Of a stretch of 64,000 bases of DNA, positions 33,522-43,704 are shown piece after piece. The notes under the pieces were generated by a model that had not been told where the DNA came from, ran no database searches, and saw only the letters and a program-made list of their open reading frames with translations. The number at the start of each line of letters is the position of its first letter. The first letter of the stretch is position 1. Both the position numbers and the translations under genes were made by a program. Source of the DNA: Thermoanaerobaculia bacterium (GTDB lineage Bacteria; Acidobacteriota; Thermoanaerobaculia; UBA5066; Gp7-AA6); contig JBBROA010000003.1 of assembly GCA_038229875.1 (NCBI GenBank), positions 1,465 to 65,464 of the forward strand, given 5' to 3'.

Positions 33522-34673
33522 TCAACCAGCAGGGAGAACGGCGACGACTTCGAACCCGGCGCCGGGCTCCGACCGCACCGAAAGCCGGCCGCCGCGCTCT
33601 TCGAGGCGCTCGCGCATCCCCATCAGGCCGACGCCCGGACCCGGGGCCGAGGAGCCCTGCCCGTCGTCTCGCGCCTGGATCTCGATCGCCCCGCCGTTCG
33701 ACACCACGTTCAGCCAGAGGTTCTCCGCGCGCGAGTGTTTGACGGCGTTCGTGATGATCTCCTGCGCGCAGCGGAGCAGGATCTGGGCGGAGCCTGGATC
33801 CGACACGGCGAGGTTCTCCGCGAATTCGACGTGGATGCGGGGGCTCGGGATGCCCTCGGCAAGCCGGCGGATCGCCGTGTCCAGGCGGATCTCGTCGCCG
33901 CCGGAGCGCAGGGCGCGCACGGCGTCGCGGATCTGGCCGAGGAGCTCGCGCGAGCGGTCTCGCGCGGCCTCGATCTGCGCGTGCGCCGGACCCGACACCT
34001 GGTGCCTCGCGACTTCGAGGTTCAGCGCGAGCGCCGTCAGGTGGTGGCCGAGAACGTCGTGGAGGTCGCGCGCAATGCGGAGGCGCTCGGACATCCGATG
34101 GCTTTCCGCGAGGAGGTCGCGAGTGGCGTGCAGCTCCGCATTGACCCGCGCGAGCCCCTGCCGCGCCGCCCCCTCGCGCGCGAGCAGGTGCGCCGTCCAG
34201 AACGCGAGCAGCTGGAAGGGGAAATAGGCGCCCGCGATCATGATCCCGGAGTGCACGCTCCAGTGAAGTGACATTCCGAGAAAAAAGAGCGCGCTCTGCG
34301 CGACGATCCAGGAGACCCCCGCGGCGGGTGAAAGCCGGCCGCCGAGCTGGATGGCGACCAGCACCATCAGCGCACCCTCGAGTCCGTAACAGGGCGGGAG
34401 GGCGACGAGCGCCAGCACGGCCGCCGACTGAGCGGCGAGCAGGAGGAGGGCTCCGCGGCGGTCCCGCTCGAATCGCCCTCCGCGCGAAGTGATCGAGTAG
34501 GCGACGGCAAAGAGAAGGAACGCGGCGACCCACGCGGCGAACCCGAGGGCGCTCGAACCGGAAGCCCGCGCCTGGCTGAAACTGGTCAGGACCGGGAATC
34601 CGACGAGGATCCACACGGCCCCTCCCGCCAGCCGGAGCAGGCGCGGGTACTCGGCCGGGAAGGTCCCGTTCAT
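33522..34673 (-). CDS. sensor histidine kinase (HisKA_3/NarX-DesK type)
   Basis: Trimmed to MNGTFPAEY; 5-6 TM helices, RIARDLHDVLGHHLTAL H-box, HATPase ending EVVAVLPAG. Confidence 0.85.
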   Translation of the reverse strand: MNGTFPAEYPRLLRLAGGAVWILVGFPVLTSFSQARASGSSALGFAAWVAAFLLFAVAYSITSRGGRFERDRRGALLLLAAQSAAVLALVALPPCYGLEGALMVLVAIQLGGRLSPAAGVSWIVAQSALFFLGMSLHWSVHSGIMIAGAYFPFQLLAFWTAHLLAREGAARQGLARVNAELHATRDLLAESHRMSERLRIARDLHDVLGHHLTALALNLEVARHQVSGPAHAQIEAARDRSRELLGQIRDAVRALRSGGDEIRLDTAIRRLAEGIPSPRIHVEFAENLAVSDPGSAQILLRCAQEIITNAVKHSRAENLWLNVVSNGGAIEIQARDDGQGSSAPGPGVGLMGMRERLEERGGRLSVRSEPGAGFEVVAVLPAG

Positions 34674-34809
34674 TGGAGTGTCGAAAGTATAGGGGCGGCG
34701 CACCGCCGGCACGTGCCGGAAGTCACGTTTGTCGGGGAGGGACTTCCGGCACATGCGCCGCATGCCCGCGGCGCAGACACTCAACACGCACCCCACAAAA
34801 GGACACCCC

Positions 34810-35187
34810 ATGCGAAAAAAGCTCGCCTTCGGCTCGATCGTCCTGCTGATCCTCGTCGCTCTCCAGGCCGCCCGCACCGCCGCGGAAGAACAGCCCCCGG
34901 AGGTCACGCTCGAGGGCACGGTCGTGGACCTGCACTGCTACGTCACACACGGGATCCACGACGCCGGCCACACCGCGTGCGCGAACGCGTGCATCGCTCG
35001 CGGAGTGCCCGCCGGCTTCCACTCGCAGGACGGAACTCTTTACGTTCTCTTCGAGGAAAAGCCGTTCTCGGTGAAGGAGCGGGTCGCCAATTTCGCCGAC
35101 GTTCCCGCCACGGTGCGCGGGAGGGTCTCGGTCCGCAACGGAGTGAAGGGCATCCAGATCAGCTCGATCGAACGGAAGAAGGCGTAG
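34810..35187 (+). CDS. small secreted Cys/His-rich protein (125 aa)
   Basis: MRKKLAFGSIVLLILVALQAARTAA signal; DLHCYVTHGIHDAGHTACANACIARG. Confidence 0.6.
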   Translation: MRKKLAFGSIVLLILVALQAARTAAEEQPPEVTLEGTVVDLHCYVTHGIHDAGHTACANACIARGVPAGFHSQDGTLYVLFEEKPFSVKERVANFADVPATVRGRVSVRNGVKGIQISSIERKKA

Positions 35188-35256
35188 CGACACCGTCTCC
35201 CCCCGCGCCGCACGAGACCCCCTCGACTGATAGGCAGGGAGGAACCTTTCGGGCCG

Positions 35257-35285
35257 TCTCTCCCCCCCGCGCGCGGGGATAGCGA
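35257..35285. repeat. GC-rich palindromic REP-like element
   Basis: TCTCTCCCCCCCGCGCGCGGGGATAGCGA. Confidence 0.5.
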
Positions 35286-35316
35286 GGTAGCGCGCGATCA
35301 CCACAGTGGTGGATGC

Positions 35317-35530
35317 GCTCGCCCCGAGAGGAGTCTCCCGACCAGAGGGAGGGAGGAGCCTCTCGGGGCGGGAGCGTGAGCGAACGCAGTGAGCGGAAGC
35401 GACGTGGGGGCGGGAGCCGAAGCGAACGGAGGGAGCAGGCCGGCGGTCGAGGCCGCATCCGGCCGAGCCGCCGGCCGGTGCCTTCGCCGCGCACGGCGAA
35501 GGCAGCTCCCGCAGTGAGCGAAGGCGACGG
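35317..35530 (+). repeat. dispersed two-hairpin intergenic repeat, copy 1 (214 bp, with internal 44-bp duplication)
   Basis: First 59 nt identical to 61150-61208; reverse-complement match to 45009-45183. Confidence 0.8.
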
Positions 35531-35588
35531 ACGCTTCGCTACAATTCAGCCTTCTTCGATTCCTTTCCTGATTCAAGGAGGCTGTTCG

Positions 35589-37061
35589 ATGACGACTCGA
35601 CGTCTCGTCCTTTCGCGTCTGCTCGCCGTTGGCTTCCTGGGGGCGGCGATCGCCGCCGGCGCCCGGGGGCAGGAGGGCTTCTCTCCCTTTACCTCGGACT
35701 ATCCGCCGGAGGAATTCGCCGCGAGGCGCGGCCGGGTCTTCGACGCGATCGGAAAGTCCGGGTTCGCCGTGATCGTCGGGGCGCCCACGCAGGTCGGGTA
35801 CATCCGGTTCCGGCAATCGAACGACTTCTACTACCTGTGCGGCGTCGAGATCCCGAACGCCTATCTGCTCCTGGACGGCACGAACCGGAAAACCACGCTG
35901 TATCTGCCGCACCGCAACGAGTCGCGCGAAAAAGGCGAAGGCAAGGTGCTGTCCTCCGAGGACGCCGAGGAGGTGCGAAAATTGTCCGGCGTCGACACGG
36001 TCTCCGCGCCCGATCTTCTCGCCGAGGCGTTCATGCGGCTGCTCCACCGCTCGAACGTGCGCGCCGCGTGGACGCCTCTCTCGCCGGCCGAGGGCTTCGC
36101 GGTCAGCCGCGACCTGGGGCTTCGCCGAATCGCCGACATCGCGTCCGACCCGTGGGACGGAAGCGCTTCCCGCGAAGGGCGGTTCGCGGCTCTTCTCCGG
36201 GAACGCTTCCCGCAGTTCGAACTGAAGGACCTCACCCCGACGCTCGATTCCCTGCGGCTCCTCAAAAGCCCGCGGGAAATTGCGATGGTCCGCCGCGCCA
36301 CCCGACTCTCCGGCCTCGCGCTGATGGAGGGCATGCGCTCCACGCGCCCGGGCCAATACGAGCGCGAGCTCGACGGCATGGCGAGGTTCATCTACTACCG
36401 CAATGGCGCGCAGGGTGAGGCGTACTACTCGCTCATCGCGAGCGGCCACAACGCCTGGTGGCCGCACTACAACGCCGGCCGCCGGAAGATGGAAGACGGG
36501 GACTTCCTCCTCATGGACTTCGCCCCGGACGTCGGCTACGCCATGAGCGACGTCACCCGCATGTGGCCGGTCAACGGCAGGTTTTCGGCATGGCAGCGCG
36601 AGCTTTACGAGTTTTACCTCGCCTGCTACGAAGCGATCCTGCACTCGATCCGGCCGAACGTCACCGCGGCCGCCTGCATGCAGGACGCGGCGAAGAAAAT
36701 GGACGGGATCCTCGCCTCGGCGAAATTCTCAAAGGACACATATAGCAAGGCAGCGAAGGCCTTCGTCGACGAATACCGGACGTCCGCGGGACGGCCGGAC
36801 GCGGCCCTGGGCCACTGGGTCGGCATGGCGACGCACGACGACGGGCCGCACGACGGGCCGCTGCGCCCCGGCATGGTCTTTACGATCGAGCCGGCGCTGC
36901 GCGTTCCGGAAGAGAAGATCTATGTGCGGCTCGAGGACGTCGTCGTGATCACCGAGAAGGGAACGGACATCCTGTCCGACTTCGTTCCACGCGACATCGC
37001 GCGCATCGAGAAGCTCATGACCGAGAACGGGCTTCTGAAGTCCTATCCGCGGGAGGAATGA
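35589..37061 (+). CDS. Xaa-Pro aminopeptidase (M24 family), secreted
   Basis: AAGGAGG + ATG 35589; signal peptide; [43 protein letters not shown] metal ligand blocks. Confidence 0.85.
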   Translation: MTTRRLVLSRLLAVGFLGAAIAAGARGQEGFSPFTSDYPPEEFAARRGRVFDAIGKSGFAVIVGAPTQVGYIRFRQSNDFYYLCGVEIPNAYLLLDGTNRKTTLYLPHRNESREKGEGKVLSSEDAEEVRKLSGVDTVSAPDLLAEAFMRLLHRSNVRAAWTPLSPAEGFAVSRDLGLRRIADIASDPWDGSASREGRFAALLRERFPQFELKDLTPTLDSLRLLKSPREIAMVRRATRLSGLALMEGMRSTRPGQYERELDGMARFIYYRNGAQGEAYYSLIASGHNAWWPHYNAGRRKMEDGDFLLMDFAPDVGYAMSDVTRMWPVNGRFSAWQRELYEFYLACYEAILHSIRPNVTAAACMQDAAKKMDGILASAKFSKDTYSKAAKAFVDEYRTSAGRPDAALGHWVGMATHDDGPHDGPLRPGMVFTIEPALRVPEEKIYVRLEDVVVITEKGTDILSDFVPRDIARIEKLMTENGLLKSYPREE

Positions 37062-37123
37062 GAGGAACAGTTGTCTGCTGTCCGCCCGATGGAAGACCTG
37101 ATAACTTCACGCCGCATTTTCTA

Positions 37124-37627
37124 ATGACCAAAAAGGACAATCGAAGAATGAAAAACAGAGCGTCCCTGCTTCTTGCCGGCGCCGCGGCCCTGGCCTTCGC
37201 GGCTCTGCCGGTCTCCGGCTCCCAGAAGGACAACGCCGCGCCCTCGAAGGATGCGGAGAAAAAGAGCGAGAGCAAGATGACGAAGACGTCGAGCGGCCTC
37301 CAGTACGAGGACACCGTGCCCGGCACGGGCGAGTCGCCCAAGAGCGGACAGACCTGCGTGATGCATTACACGGGCTGGCTCTGGGAGAACGGCGCGAAGG
37401 GAAAGAAGTTCGACAGCTCGGTCGACCGCGGCAAGCCCTTCGAGTTCGTGATCGGCCAGGGGCAGGTCATCAAGGGATGGGATGAGGGCGTTTCGACGAT
37501 GAAGGTGGGCGGCAAGCGCACCCTCCTGATTCCGCCGACGCTCGGTTACGGCGCCCGCGGGGCCGGCGGTGTCATCCCGCCGAACGCGACGCTCGTCTTC
37601 GAAGTCGAGCTCCTCGGCGTCAAGTAA
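37124..37627 (+). CDS. FKBP-type peptidyl-prolyl cis-trans isomerase, exported
   Basis: [44 protein letters not shown]...[10 protein letters not shown]; alternative start 37148. Confidence 0.9.
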   Translation: MTKKDNRRMKNRASLLLAGAAALAFAALPVSGSQKDNAAPSKDAEKKSESKMTKTSSGLQYEDTVPGTGESPKSGQTCVMHYTGWLWENGAKGKKFDSSVDRGKPFEFVIGQGQVIKGWDEGVSTMKVGGKRTLLIPPTLGYGARGAGGVIPPNATLVFEVELLGVK

Positions 37628-37639
37628 GACGGGTCAGGG

Positions 37640-37675
37640 GTCAGGGGTCAGGCCGTCCAACACCTGACCCCTGAC
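37640..37675. terminator. 13-bp stem hairpin between convergent genes (built on GGGTCAG x3 tandem)
   Basis: GTCAGGGGTCAGG-ccgtccaaca-CCTGACCCCTGAC; no U tract. Confidence 0.45.
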
Positions 37676-37690
37676 AACCCGCTAAACCCG

Positions 37691-38170
37691 CTAACAGTTC
37701 CTTCCGCCGGGGGTCTCCCGGCCGATCACGCGATGGAAATACTCCTCGTGCTCGACTTCAACCGCCGCCATTTCCCGAAGATCCGGCAGGAAGTCCTCGA
37801 GTCCCAGCTCGTGGGCCCAGCCGGCCGCCTTCTCGTACTCGCAGACATTCTTCGTCTCGAGCCTGCCGGCCAGAAACATCGGCAGGAACCGGCCCGTGAA
37901 TCCGCAGAGAAACGAGAGGATGTGGCCGACGGCGCTCGCCCGCGCCTCGCGGATTGGAAGCGGACGGGCGCCGAGCCGCTCGAGTAACTGGCCGACCTTT
38001 CGGCGATGGACCCACTCGTCATTTTCGATGCGGAGGATCATCGTCCGTTCCTCCGGGTTCGAAACGGAACGGGCGTGCCCCTGATACGCGAGCGCGGCCG
38101 CTTTCTCCCCGGAGTAGGCGAGCTGGAGAAGCCGGACGAGCTGCCGGCGGACTTCCGATGCGGCCGTCAT
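37691..38170 (-). CDS. ferritin-like domain protein
   Basis: EKAAALAYQGH...ENDEWVHR...EYEKAAGWA...VEVEHEEYF di-iron-type helices. Confidence 0.65.
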   Translation of the reverse strand: MTAASEVRRQLVRLLQLAYSGEKAAALAYQGHARSVSNPEERTMILRIENDEWVHRRKVGQLLERLGARPLPIREARASAVGHILSFLCGFTGRFLPMFLAGRLETKNVCEYEKAAGWAHELGLEDFLPDLREMAAVEVEHEEYFHRVIGRETPGGRNC

Positions 38171-38462
38171 GGCGCCTCAGTCTAGTCGCGGGGGGTCGCC
38201 TGAAGCAGAGTGGAGAGCTCGGGGCCAGGATCAGCGGTCGGCGTCAGGCGGAAACTGGTTCGACCCGCCGTCGGCTCCCGGGTTTTCCTCGGAAACCCCG
38301 GCTGGCCGATCCGGGGCGGGCCACGGTCCGGCCGGCGTCGCGAAAGCCCTTCGCGGCGGCCGGTCCTCCGAAACTGTCGAAAACGGGCTCGGCGAGGACC
38401 GGCGGGCTGCGACGATCCGGGGACGGGTGGAGTCGGCTAACATTCGACGCGTGGAAAGATCG

Positions 38463-40964
38463 GTGAACTCTGCCCCTCCTGCCCCTCCCGCCTCATCCGT
38501 AACCGCGCCGCCGCGCTCCTCGTTGCCCGAGCGCTTCGCCGCGTTCGTGGCGGAGAGGCATCCGTTCGCCCTGCCGCCGGCGACCGCCGCCTTTTCCCGC
38601 GCGTGCCCGAAGGATCCCGGCCGGGACGCGGCCGCGATCGACGCTCTCCGGCCGGCACTCGCCGACGCGCTTGCCCGGGAGCTCGCGGGAACAGCGCCGG
38701 AGGGCCTCCCCGAGTCCACTCCGGGAGTCAGCGTCGACGAGCGTCTCGGGTCCGCGAAAGAGGAGCTGCTCGAATCCTGCGACGGGTTCCTCCGCCGGGA
38801 GGCGATCGCCGCCTCGCTGACCCGCGACGAGCGCATCGAGATGCTGCGCGGGATGATTCTCACGCGCGCCACAGATAACCGTCTGAAGGCATTCTTCTCG
38901 GGCGGAGAAGTTCGGTATCGGGGGGTCTCCTTTCAGGGCAAAGGCTTCCGGTCTCTCGGGCAGGAGGCGATCTACGCCGCGCCCCTCCGATTGCGCCGCG
39001 GCTCCGGCTATCGCTCGCCCGAAGGCGCGTGGCGCGGAGACGTCGTCGCCCCGCTAATCCGCGACCTCGGCGCCGAGCTCGCGATGCGCCCGGACCCCGA
39101 GTCGGTGCGCCTCGTCCTCGCCGCGCAGATGGGGAAAGCGGGCTCGCCCATGCAGGGGAAGGACCTCCACGTCGGAGACTTTTCCTGGGGCGTCCTCCCC
39201 GCGTCCGCCCCCCTCGCGGTTTCTTCTCTCACGGTCGCGGGCCTGGCGATGGCTTTTTCCCGCGACGGCTCGGGCCGCGTGGCGGTGTCGTTCATCGGCG
39301 AGGGAGGGACTTCGCTCGGCGAATGGCACGAGGCGATCAATCTCTGCGCCGCGCGCCGGCTGCCCGCCATCTTCTGCGTCCAGAACAATCAGACGGCGCT
39401 CTCGACACCCGTGCCCGACCAGTCGGCCGTGCGCGTGTTCGCGGAAAAGGCCGCGGGTTACGGAATTCCGGGGATGACGATCGACGGCACCGACCCCGAG
39501 GCGATCGCGGCGGCGTTCACGTGGGCCGCCGAGCGCGCGCGGCAGGGCCTCGGCCCCGCGCTGATCGAGCTCGTCTGCATGCGCATGTGCGGGCACGCGC
39601 ACCACGACGACATGCTCTACCTCGGCAAAGAGCCGCCGATCTCTTGGGACTACCCGCGTCCTTCTGAAGGCGGCTACGCGAATCGCGAGCTGTACGAGTT
39701 CTGGTCGCGCCGCGAGCCGATCGCGGCGTACGCCGCCCGGCTCGAAGCGGAGGGGATCCTGGCGCCCGGAGACCTCGACCGGTTCCGGCGCGAGGCGGAC
39801 GCGCTCGTCGAGGAGCAGGCAAGCAAGGTCATCGAAGCGCCGTGGCCGGAGCCGGAGACCGCCGGGACCGGCGTCTTCGCGGGAGAGCCGGGGCGGCGGA
39901 GGGCGGAGCCGCTCGAACCGGGGTCCCGCCGCGGAACGACGGCGCCTCTGCCCGCGGTTGAGACCGGGCCTCCTTTTGATCCGAAGGGACGCACCCTCCT
40001 CGAAGCGGTCATGCTCGGGGTCGGAGACGCTCTCGAAGCTGATCCCCGGGTGTTCGTCTACGGCGAAGACGTCGGCGGAAAATACGGAAACGCTTTTCTC
40101 CTTCTGCGGCCGCTGCTTCAAAAGCACGGCGACCGGATCCTGAACTCGCCGCTCGCGGAAGGCGCCGTTCTCGGCGTCTGCGTCGGTTCCGCGCTCGCGG
40201 GACAGCGCCCGATCGGGGAGATGCAGTTCAACGACTTCGTCGCGACGGGCTTCAACCAGCTCGTCAACAACGCGGCGAAGATCCGCTACCGCTGGGGCGC
40301 TTCCGTTCCGATGGTGGTCCGCATGCCGTGGGGCGGCCTGCGGCACGCGGGCCCGTACCACAGCCAGAACACCGAGCCCTGGTTCTACCGGACGCCAGGA
40401 CTCAAAATCGTGGTGCCTTCAACGCCCGCGGACGCTCGCGCGCTGATGGCGGCTGCGGTCGCGGATCCGGACCCGGTCCTCTACTACGAGCACATCGCGC
40501 TCTACCGGGATCCCCGGATCAAACAGCTGCGTCCCGAGGAGGCGCCCGCTCCGCTGCCGATTGGCAAGGCGGCCCTGCGGCGCGCCGGAGGAGACCTCGC
40601 GATCATTTCGTACGGCGCGTACGTCCACGTCGCCCTCCGCGTGGCGGCAAAGCTCTCCGCCGGCGGAATCGAATCGTCCGTGCTCGACCTGCGAAGCCTC
40701 GTGCCGCTCGACCGCGAAGCGGTGCTTTCGGTAGCGCGGCACTGCCATCGCGTGCTGATCGTTCACGAGGACTCGAGGACCGGTGGTATCGGCGAGAGCG
40801 TCGCTTCCATCGTCCAGGAGGAAGCGTTCGAGCACCTGGACGCGCCGGTGCGGATCATCGGCGCACTCGACACTCCGGTCCCCTACTCTCCGCCGCTCGA
40901 AGATTTCTTTCTCCCGTCGGAAGACGAAATCGAGCGGGCCGCCCGTCTTCTCGTGTCGTACTAG
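38463..40964 (+). CDS. fused alpha/beta E1 component of a 2-oxoacid dehydrogenase (TPP-dependent)
   Basis: GQEAIYAAP, FIGEGGTSLGEWHEAINL (alpha); EMQFNDF, MPWGG..GPYHSQ, LDLRSLVPLD (beta); GTG 38463 chosen, start uncertain. Confidence 0.8.
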   Translation: MNSAPPAPPASSVTAPPRSSLPERFAAFVAERHPFALPPATAAFSRACPKDPGRDAAAIDALRPALADALARELAGTAPEGLPESTPGVSVDERLGSAKEELLESCDGFLRREAIAASLTRDERIEMLRGMILTRATDNRLKAFFSGGEVRYRGVSFQGKGFRSLGQEAIYAAPLRLRRGSGYRSPEGAWRGDVVAPLIRDLGAELAMRPDPESVRLVLAAQMGKAGSPMQGKDLHVGDFSWGVLPASAPLAVSSLTVAGLAMAFSRDGSGRVAVSFIGEGGTSLGEWHEAINLCAARRLPAIFCVQNNQTALSTPVPDQSAVRVFAEKAAGYGIPGMTIDGTDPEAIAAAFTWAAERARQGLGPALIELVCMRMCGHAHHDDMLYLGKEPPISWDYPRPSEGGYANRELYEFWSRREPIAAYAARLEAEGILAPGDLDRFRREADALVEEQASKVIEAPWPEPETAGTGVFAGEPGRRRAEPLEPGSRRGTTAPLPAVETGPPFDPKGRTLLEAVMLGVGDALEADPRVFVYGEDVGGKYGNAFLLLRPLLQKHGDRILNSPLAEGAVLGVCVGSALAGQRPIGEMQFNDFVATGFNQLVNNAAKIRYRWGASVPMVVRMPWGGLRHAGPYHSQNTEPWFYRTPGLKIVVPSTPADARALMAAAVADPDPVLYYEHIALYRDPRIKQLRPEEAPAPLPIGKAALRRAGGDLAIISYGAYVHVALRVAAKLSAGGIESSVLDLRSLVPLDREAVLSVARHCHRVLIVHEDSRTGGIGESVASIVQEEAFEHLDAPVRIIGALDTPVPYSPPLEDFFLPSEDEIERAARLLVSY

Positions 40965-40968
40965 CAAG

Positions 40969-43704
40969 TTGGCGCTCGGCCCCGGCAGCCGTCTCGGTCC
41001 TTACGAGATCTCGGGCCCTCTCGGGAAGGGCGGCATGGGAGAAGTCTTCCGCGCGCGCGACACCCGTCTCCAGAGGGACGTCGCGGTTAAGGCTTTGCCG
41101 CCGGGCTTCGAGGCGGACCCGGAACGGCTTGCCCGTTTTCAGCGCGAGGCGCGGGTGCTCGCGTCCCTGAATCACGCCAACGTCGGCTCGATTTACGGCT
41201 TCGAGGAATCGGCGGACGGGCACGCGTACTTGATCCTCGAATGCATCGAAGGAGAGACGCTTGCCTCCCGCCTGGCCGGCGGTTGGCCGCTTCCACTGGA
41301 CGAGTCGCTGCGGATCGCGGCGGAGGTCGCGGCCGGACTCGGAGCCGCGCATGACGCCGGAGTCATCCATCGCGACTTGAAGCCCGCAAACGTCATGCTC
41401 CGGCCCGACGGGGCCGTGAAGGTGCTGGACTTCGGCCTCGCGAAGACGGCCGAGCGCGGCTCCGCGTCCGGTGACCAGTCGCGATCGCCGACGATCAGCC
41501 TCGGCACCCAGACGGGATTCATTCTCGGGACCGCCGCGTACATGAGCCCCGAGCAGGCGCGGGGGCGCGCTCTCGACAAACGCACCGATATCTTCTCCTT
41601 CGGCTGCGTGCTGTACGAGTGTCTGACCGGCCGGCGGGCTTTTCCGGGCGAATCCGTTTCGGACACGCTTTCCGCGATCGTCGCGGACGAGCCCGACTGG
41701 GCCGCCCTCCCCCCTTCGACGCCCACCCGGGTTCGCGACCTTCTGCGCCGTTGCCTGCAGAAAGACCCGCGCCGCCGTCTTCACGACATTTCCGACGCGA
41801 GGCTCGAGCTCGAGGAAGTCATCGCCGCCCCGTCATCCGCGATCGAGACTGCGGTGACCGGCCCGCTCGAACCGGTCGAAATCCGTCGCAGACGCCCCTG
41901 GGGCTGGCTCGCGGGAGGCGCGCTGCTCGGAGCAGCCGCTGCCGCCGCGTTCTTCCTCGGGAGCCGTCGCCCGGCCGCGGTTGTCCCGACGGCGCCCCGA
42001 ATTCACGCGACGCTCCCCCTTCCGGACGGCGTCCAGATCGTCGCCGTCACGCGGCCCGCGCTCGCCATCTCTCCCGATGGCGCCACCGTCGTCTTCCGGG
42101 CGAAACAGGCCGGTGTTTCGCGCCTGTATCGGCGGCGTCTCGACGGAGCGGAGGCGGTCGCGCTCGCGGGAACGGAGGGCGGATCGGGCCCCTTCTTCTC
42201 TCCGGACGGGGAGTGGATCGGGTTTTTTACCGTGACCGAGATAAAGAAAATCCCGCTGGGAGGTGGCGCCGCGGTCCGGATCTCGGACGCTCCGCCGGTC
42301 GCGCGGGGGGCGACGTGGGCCGCCGACGGTTCAATCCTTCTTTCGCGCGTGCCGAACGGCGGGCTCTTCCGTGTCTCCGCGAACGGAGGAAAAACGGAGC
42401 CCTTCTCGACGCTGGCTTCAGGCGAGCACGCGCACATCTGGCCCCAGGCGCTTCCCGGCGGACGCGGGACGCTCGTCACGATCGTCTTCGGAACCGACTT
42501 TCAGGACATCGACAGCGCGCGGATCGCCGTTCTCGAGCCGGGCACTCTGCGGCGGAAGATCGTGCTCGAAGGCAGCGCCTACGCCCGCTATCTCGACTCC
42601 GGGCAGCTCGTCTTCCTGCGCGGGAAAAGCGTCTTCGCGGTTCCGTTTGATCTCGCAAGTCTTTCGACGGTGGGCACCCCCGTGGCTCTCCCCGAGGACC
42701 TGCTCGTCGACGAAGACGGAGGGATCGGACACTTTGCGGGCGCGGCCGGGACGCTCGTATCGCCGGGCGGGCCGCCCCTGCGGCGCGCCGTGAGCGCGGT
42801 CTGGACCGTCGGACGCGACGGAAAGGGTTTCGCTCTCCCTGTTCCTCCCGGCCAGTACTCCCACCCGCGACTTTCGCCGGACGGGCAGCGCATCGCGCTG
42901 ATGAAACTGGATCGCGAGTCGGGCAAGCTCACTCTCTTCGACCGATCGCGGCAGGTCCTGTCGCTTCTGACTAGCGAGCCCGGGCGCTTCTTCTGTCCCG
43001 TCTGGTCCCCCGACAACCAGCGGCTGGCGTTTACCTCGTTCAACGTGGGGGAGCCGCGGCTCGCGATCAAACCGGCAGACGCGAGCCGGAGCCTCGAGAC
43101 AATAACGGGCGACCCGGGCCGCGCCGAATTTGCCAACTCGTGGTCCCCGGACGGAAAGGTCATCCTCTATTCTGCTGAGGAGCGAAAAACCGAGTCCGAC
43201 GCAGTGCGTGCTCCGATGAGTCTGTGGTCGGTGACTCTCGACCGACCGCCGCAGTCTCGCATCTGGCTGGGCGGAGCGTTCCGTAATTACGGGGCGACCT
43301 TTTCGCCGGACGGGCGGTGGGTGGCTTACGTCTCGGACGAGAGCGGCCAGAGAGAAATCTACCTGCGGCCGTATCCGGGTCCCGGCAGCCGGATCAAAGT
43401 GTCGGGGAACGGAGGCGAAGAGCCTGCCTGGACCCGGGGAGGGCGCGAGCTCGTGTACCGCGCCGCGGACGGTTTCTATTCGGTCGAGCTCTCCGCCGGC
43501 GCGGAGCCGGTTCCTTCCACCCCGAAAATTCTTTTCGCCGCTCCGTTCGACCGTGGCCGGCGGGAAGACTCGCCGCGCGAGTACGACGTCTCGGCCGATG
43601 GAAACGAATTCATCGTGATCCAGTCCGAGCGGCCGCCGGAAGTGACGCGGCCGCTCGTCGTTCTGACCGGCTGGTTCCGGCCGGACGGGCGGGTCGAGCA
43701 TTGA
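40969..43704 (+). CDS. Ser/Thr protein kinase with C-terminal TolB-like beta-propeller
   Basis: TTG start; GKGGMGEVFRARD, VAVKAL, HRDLKPANVML, DFGLAK, APE-like YMSPEQ; C-terminal repeated SPDG..I.F propeller blades. Confidence 0.85.
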   Translation: MALGPGSRLGPYEISGPLGKGGMGEVFRARDTRLQRDVAVKALPPGFEADPERLARFQREARVLASLNHANVGSIYGFEESADGHAYLILECIEGETLASRLAGGWPLPLDESLRIAAEVAAGLGAAHDAGVIHRDLKPANVMLRPDGAVKVLDFGLAKTAERGSASGDQSRSPTISLGTQTGFILGTAAYMSPEQARGRALDKRTDIFSFGCVLYECLTGRRAFPGESVSDTLSAIVADEPDWAALPPSTPTRVRDLLRRCLQKDPRRRLHDISDARLELEEVIAAPSSAIETAVTGPLEPVEIRRRRPWGWLAGGALLGAAAAAAFFLGSRRPAAVVPTAPRIHATLPLPDGVQIVAVTRPALAISPDGATVVFRAKQAGVSRLYRRRLDGAEAVALAGTEGGSGPFFSPDGEWIGFFTVTEIKKIPLGGGAAVRISDAPPVARGATWAADGSILLSRVPNGGLFRVSANGGKTEPFSTLASGEHAHIWPQALPGGRGTLVTIVFGTDFQDIDSARIAVLEPGTLRRKIVLEGSAYARYLDSGQLVFLRGKSVFAVPFDLASLSTVGTPVALPEDLLVDEDGGIGHFAGAAGTLVSPGGPPLRRAVSAVWTVGRDGKGFALPVPPGQYSHPRLSPDGQRIALMKLDRESGKLTLFDRSRQVLSLLTSEPGRFFCPVWSPDNQRLAFTSFNVGEPRLAIKPADASRSLETITGDPGRAEFANSWSPDGKVILYSAEERKTESDAVRAPMSLWSVTLDRPPQSRIWLGGAFRNYGATFSPDGRWVAYVSDESGQREIYLRPYPGPGSRIKVSGNGGEEPAWTRGGRELVYRAADGFYSVELSAGAEPVPSTPKILFAAPFDRGRREDSPREYDVSADGNEFIVIQSERPPEVTRPLVVLTGWFRPDGRVEH

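Noticed and set aside
38169-38462. ATG 38169 as the start of the E1 dehydrogenase (931 aa)
   Set aside because: The first 98 residues or so are Gly/Arg/Ser-rich and overlap the divergent ferritin-like gene start. Homology-like sequence begins after GTG 38463. The start remains uncertain.
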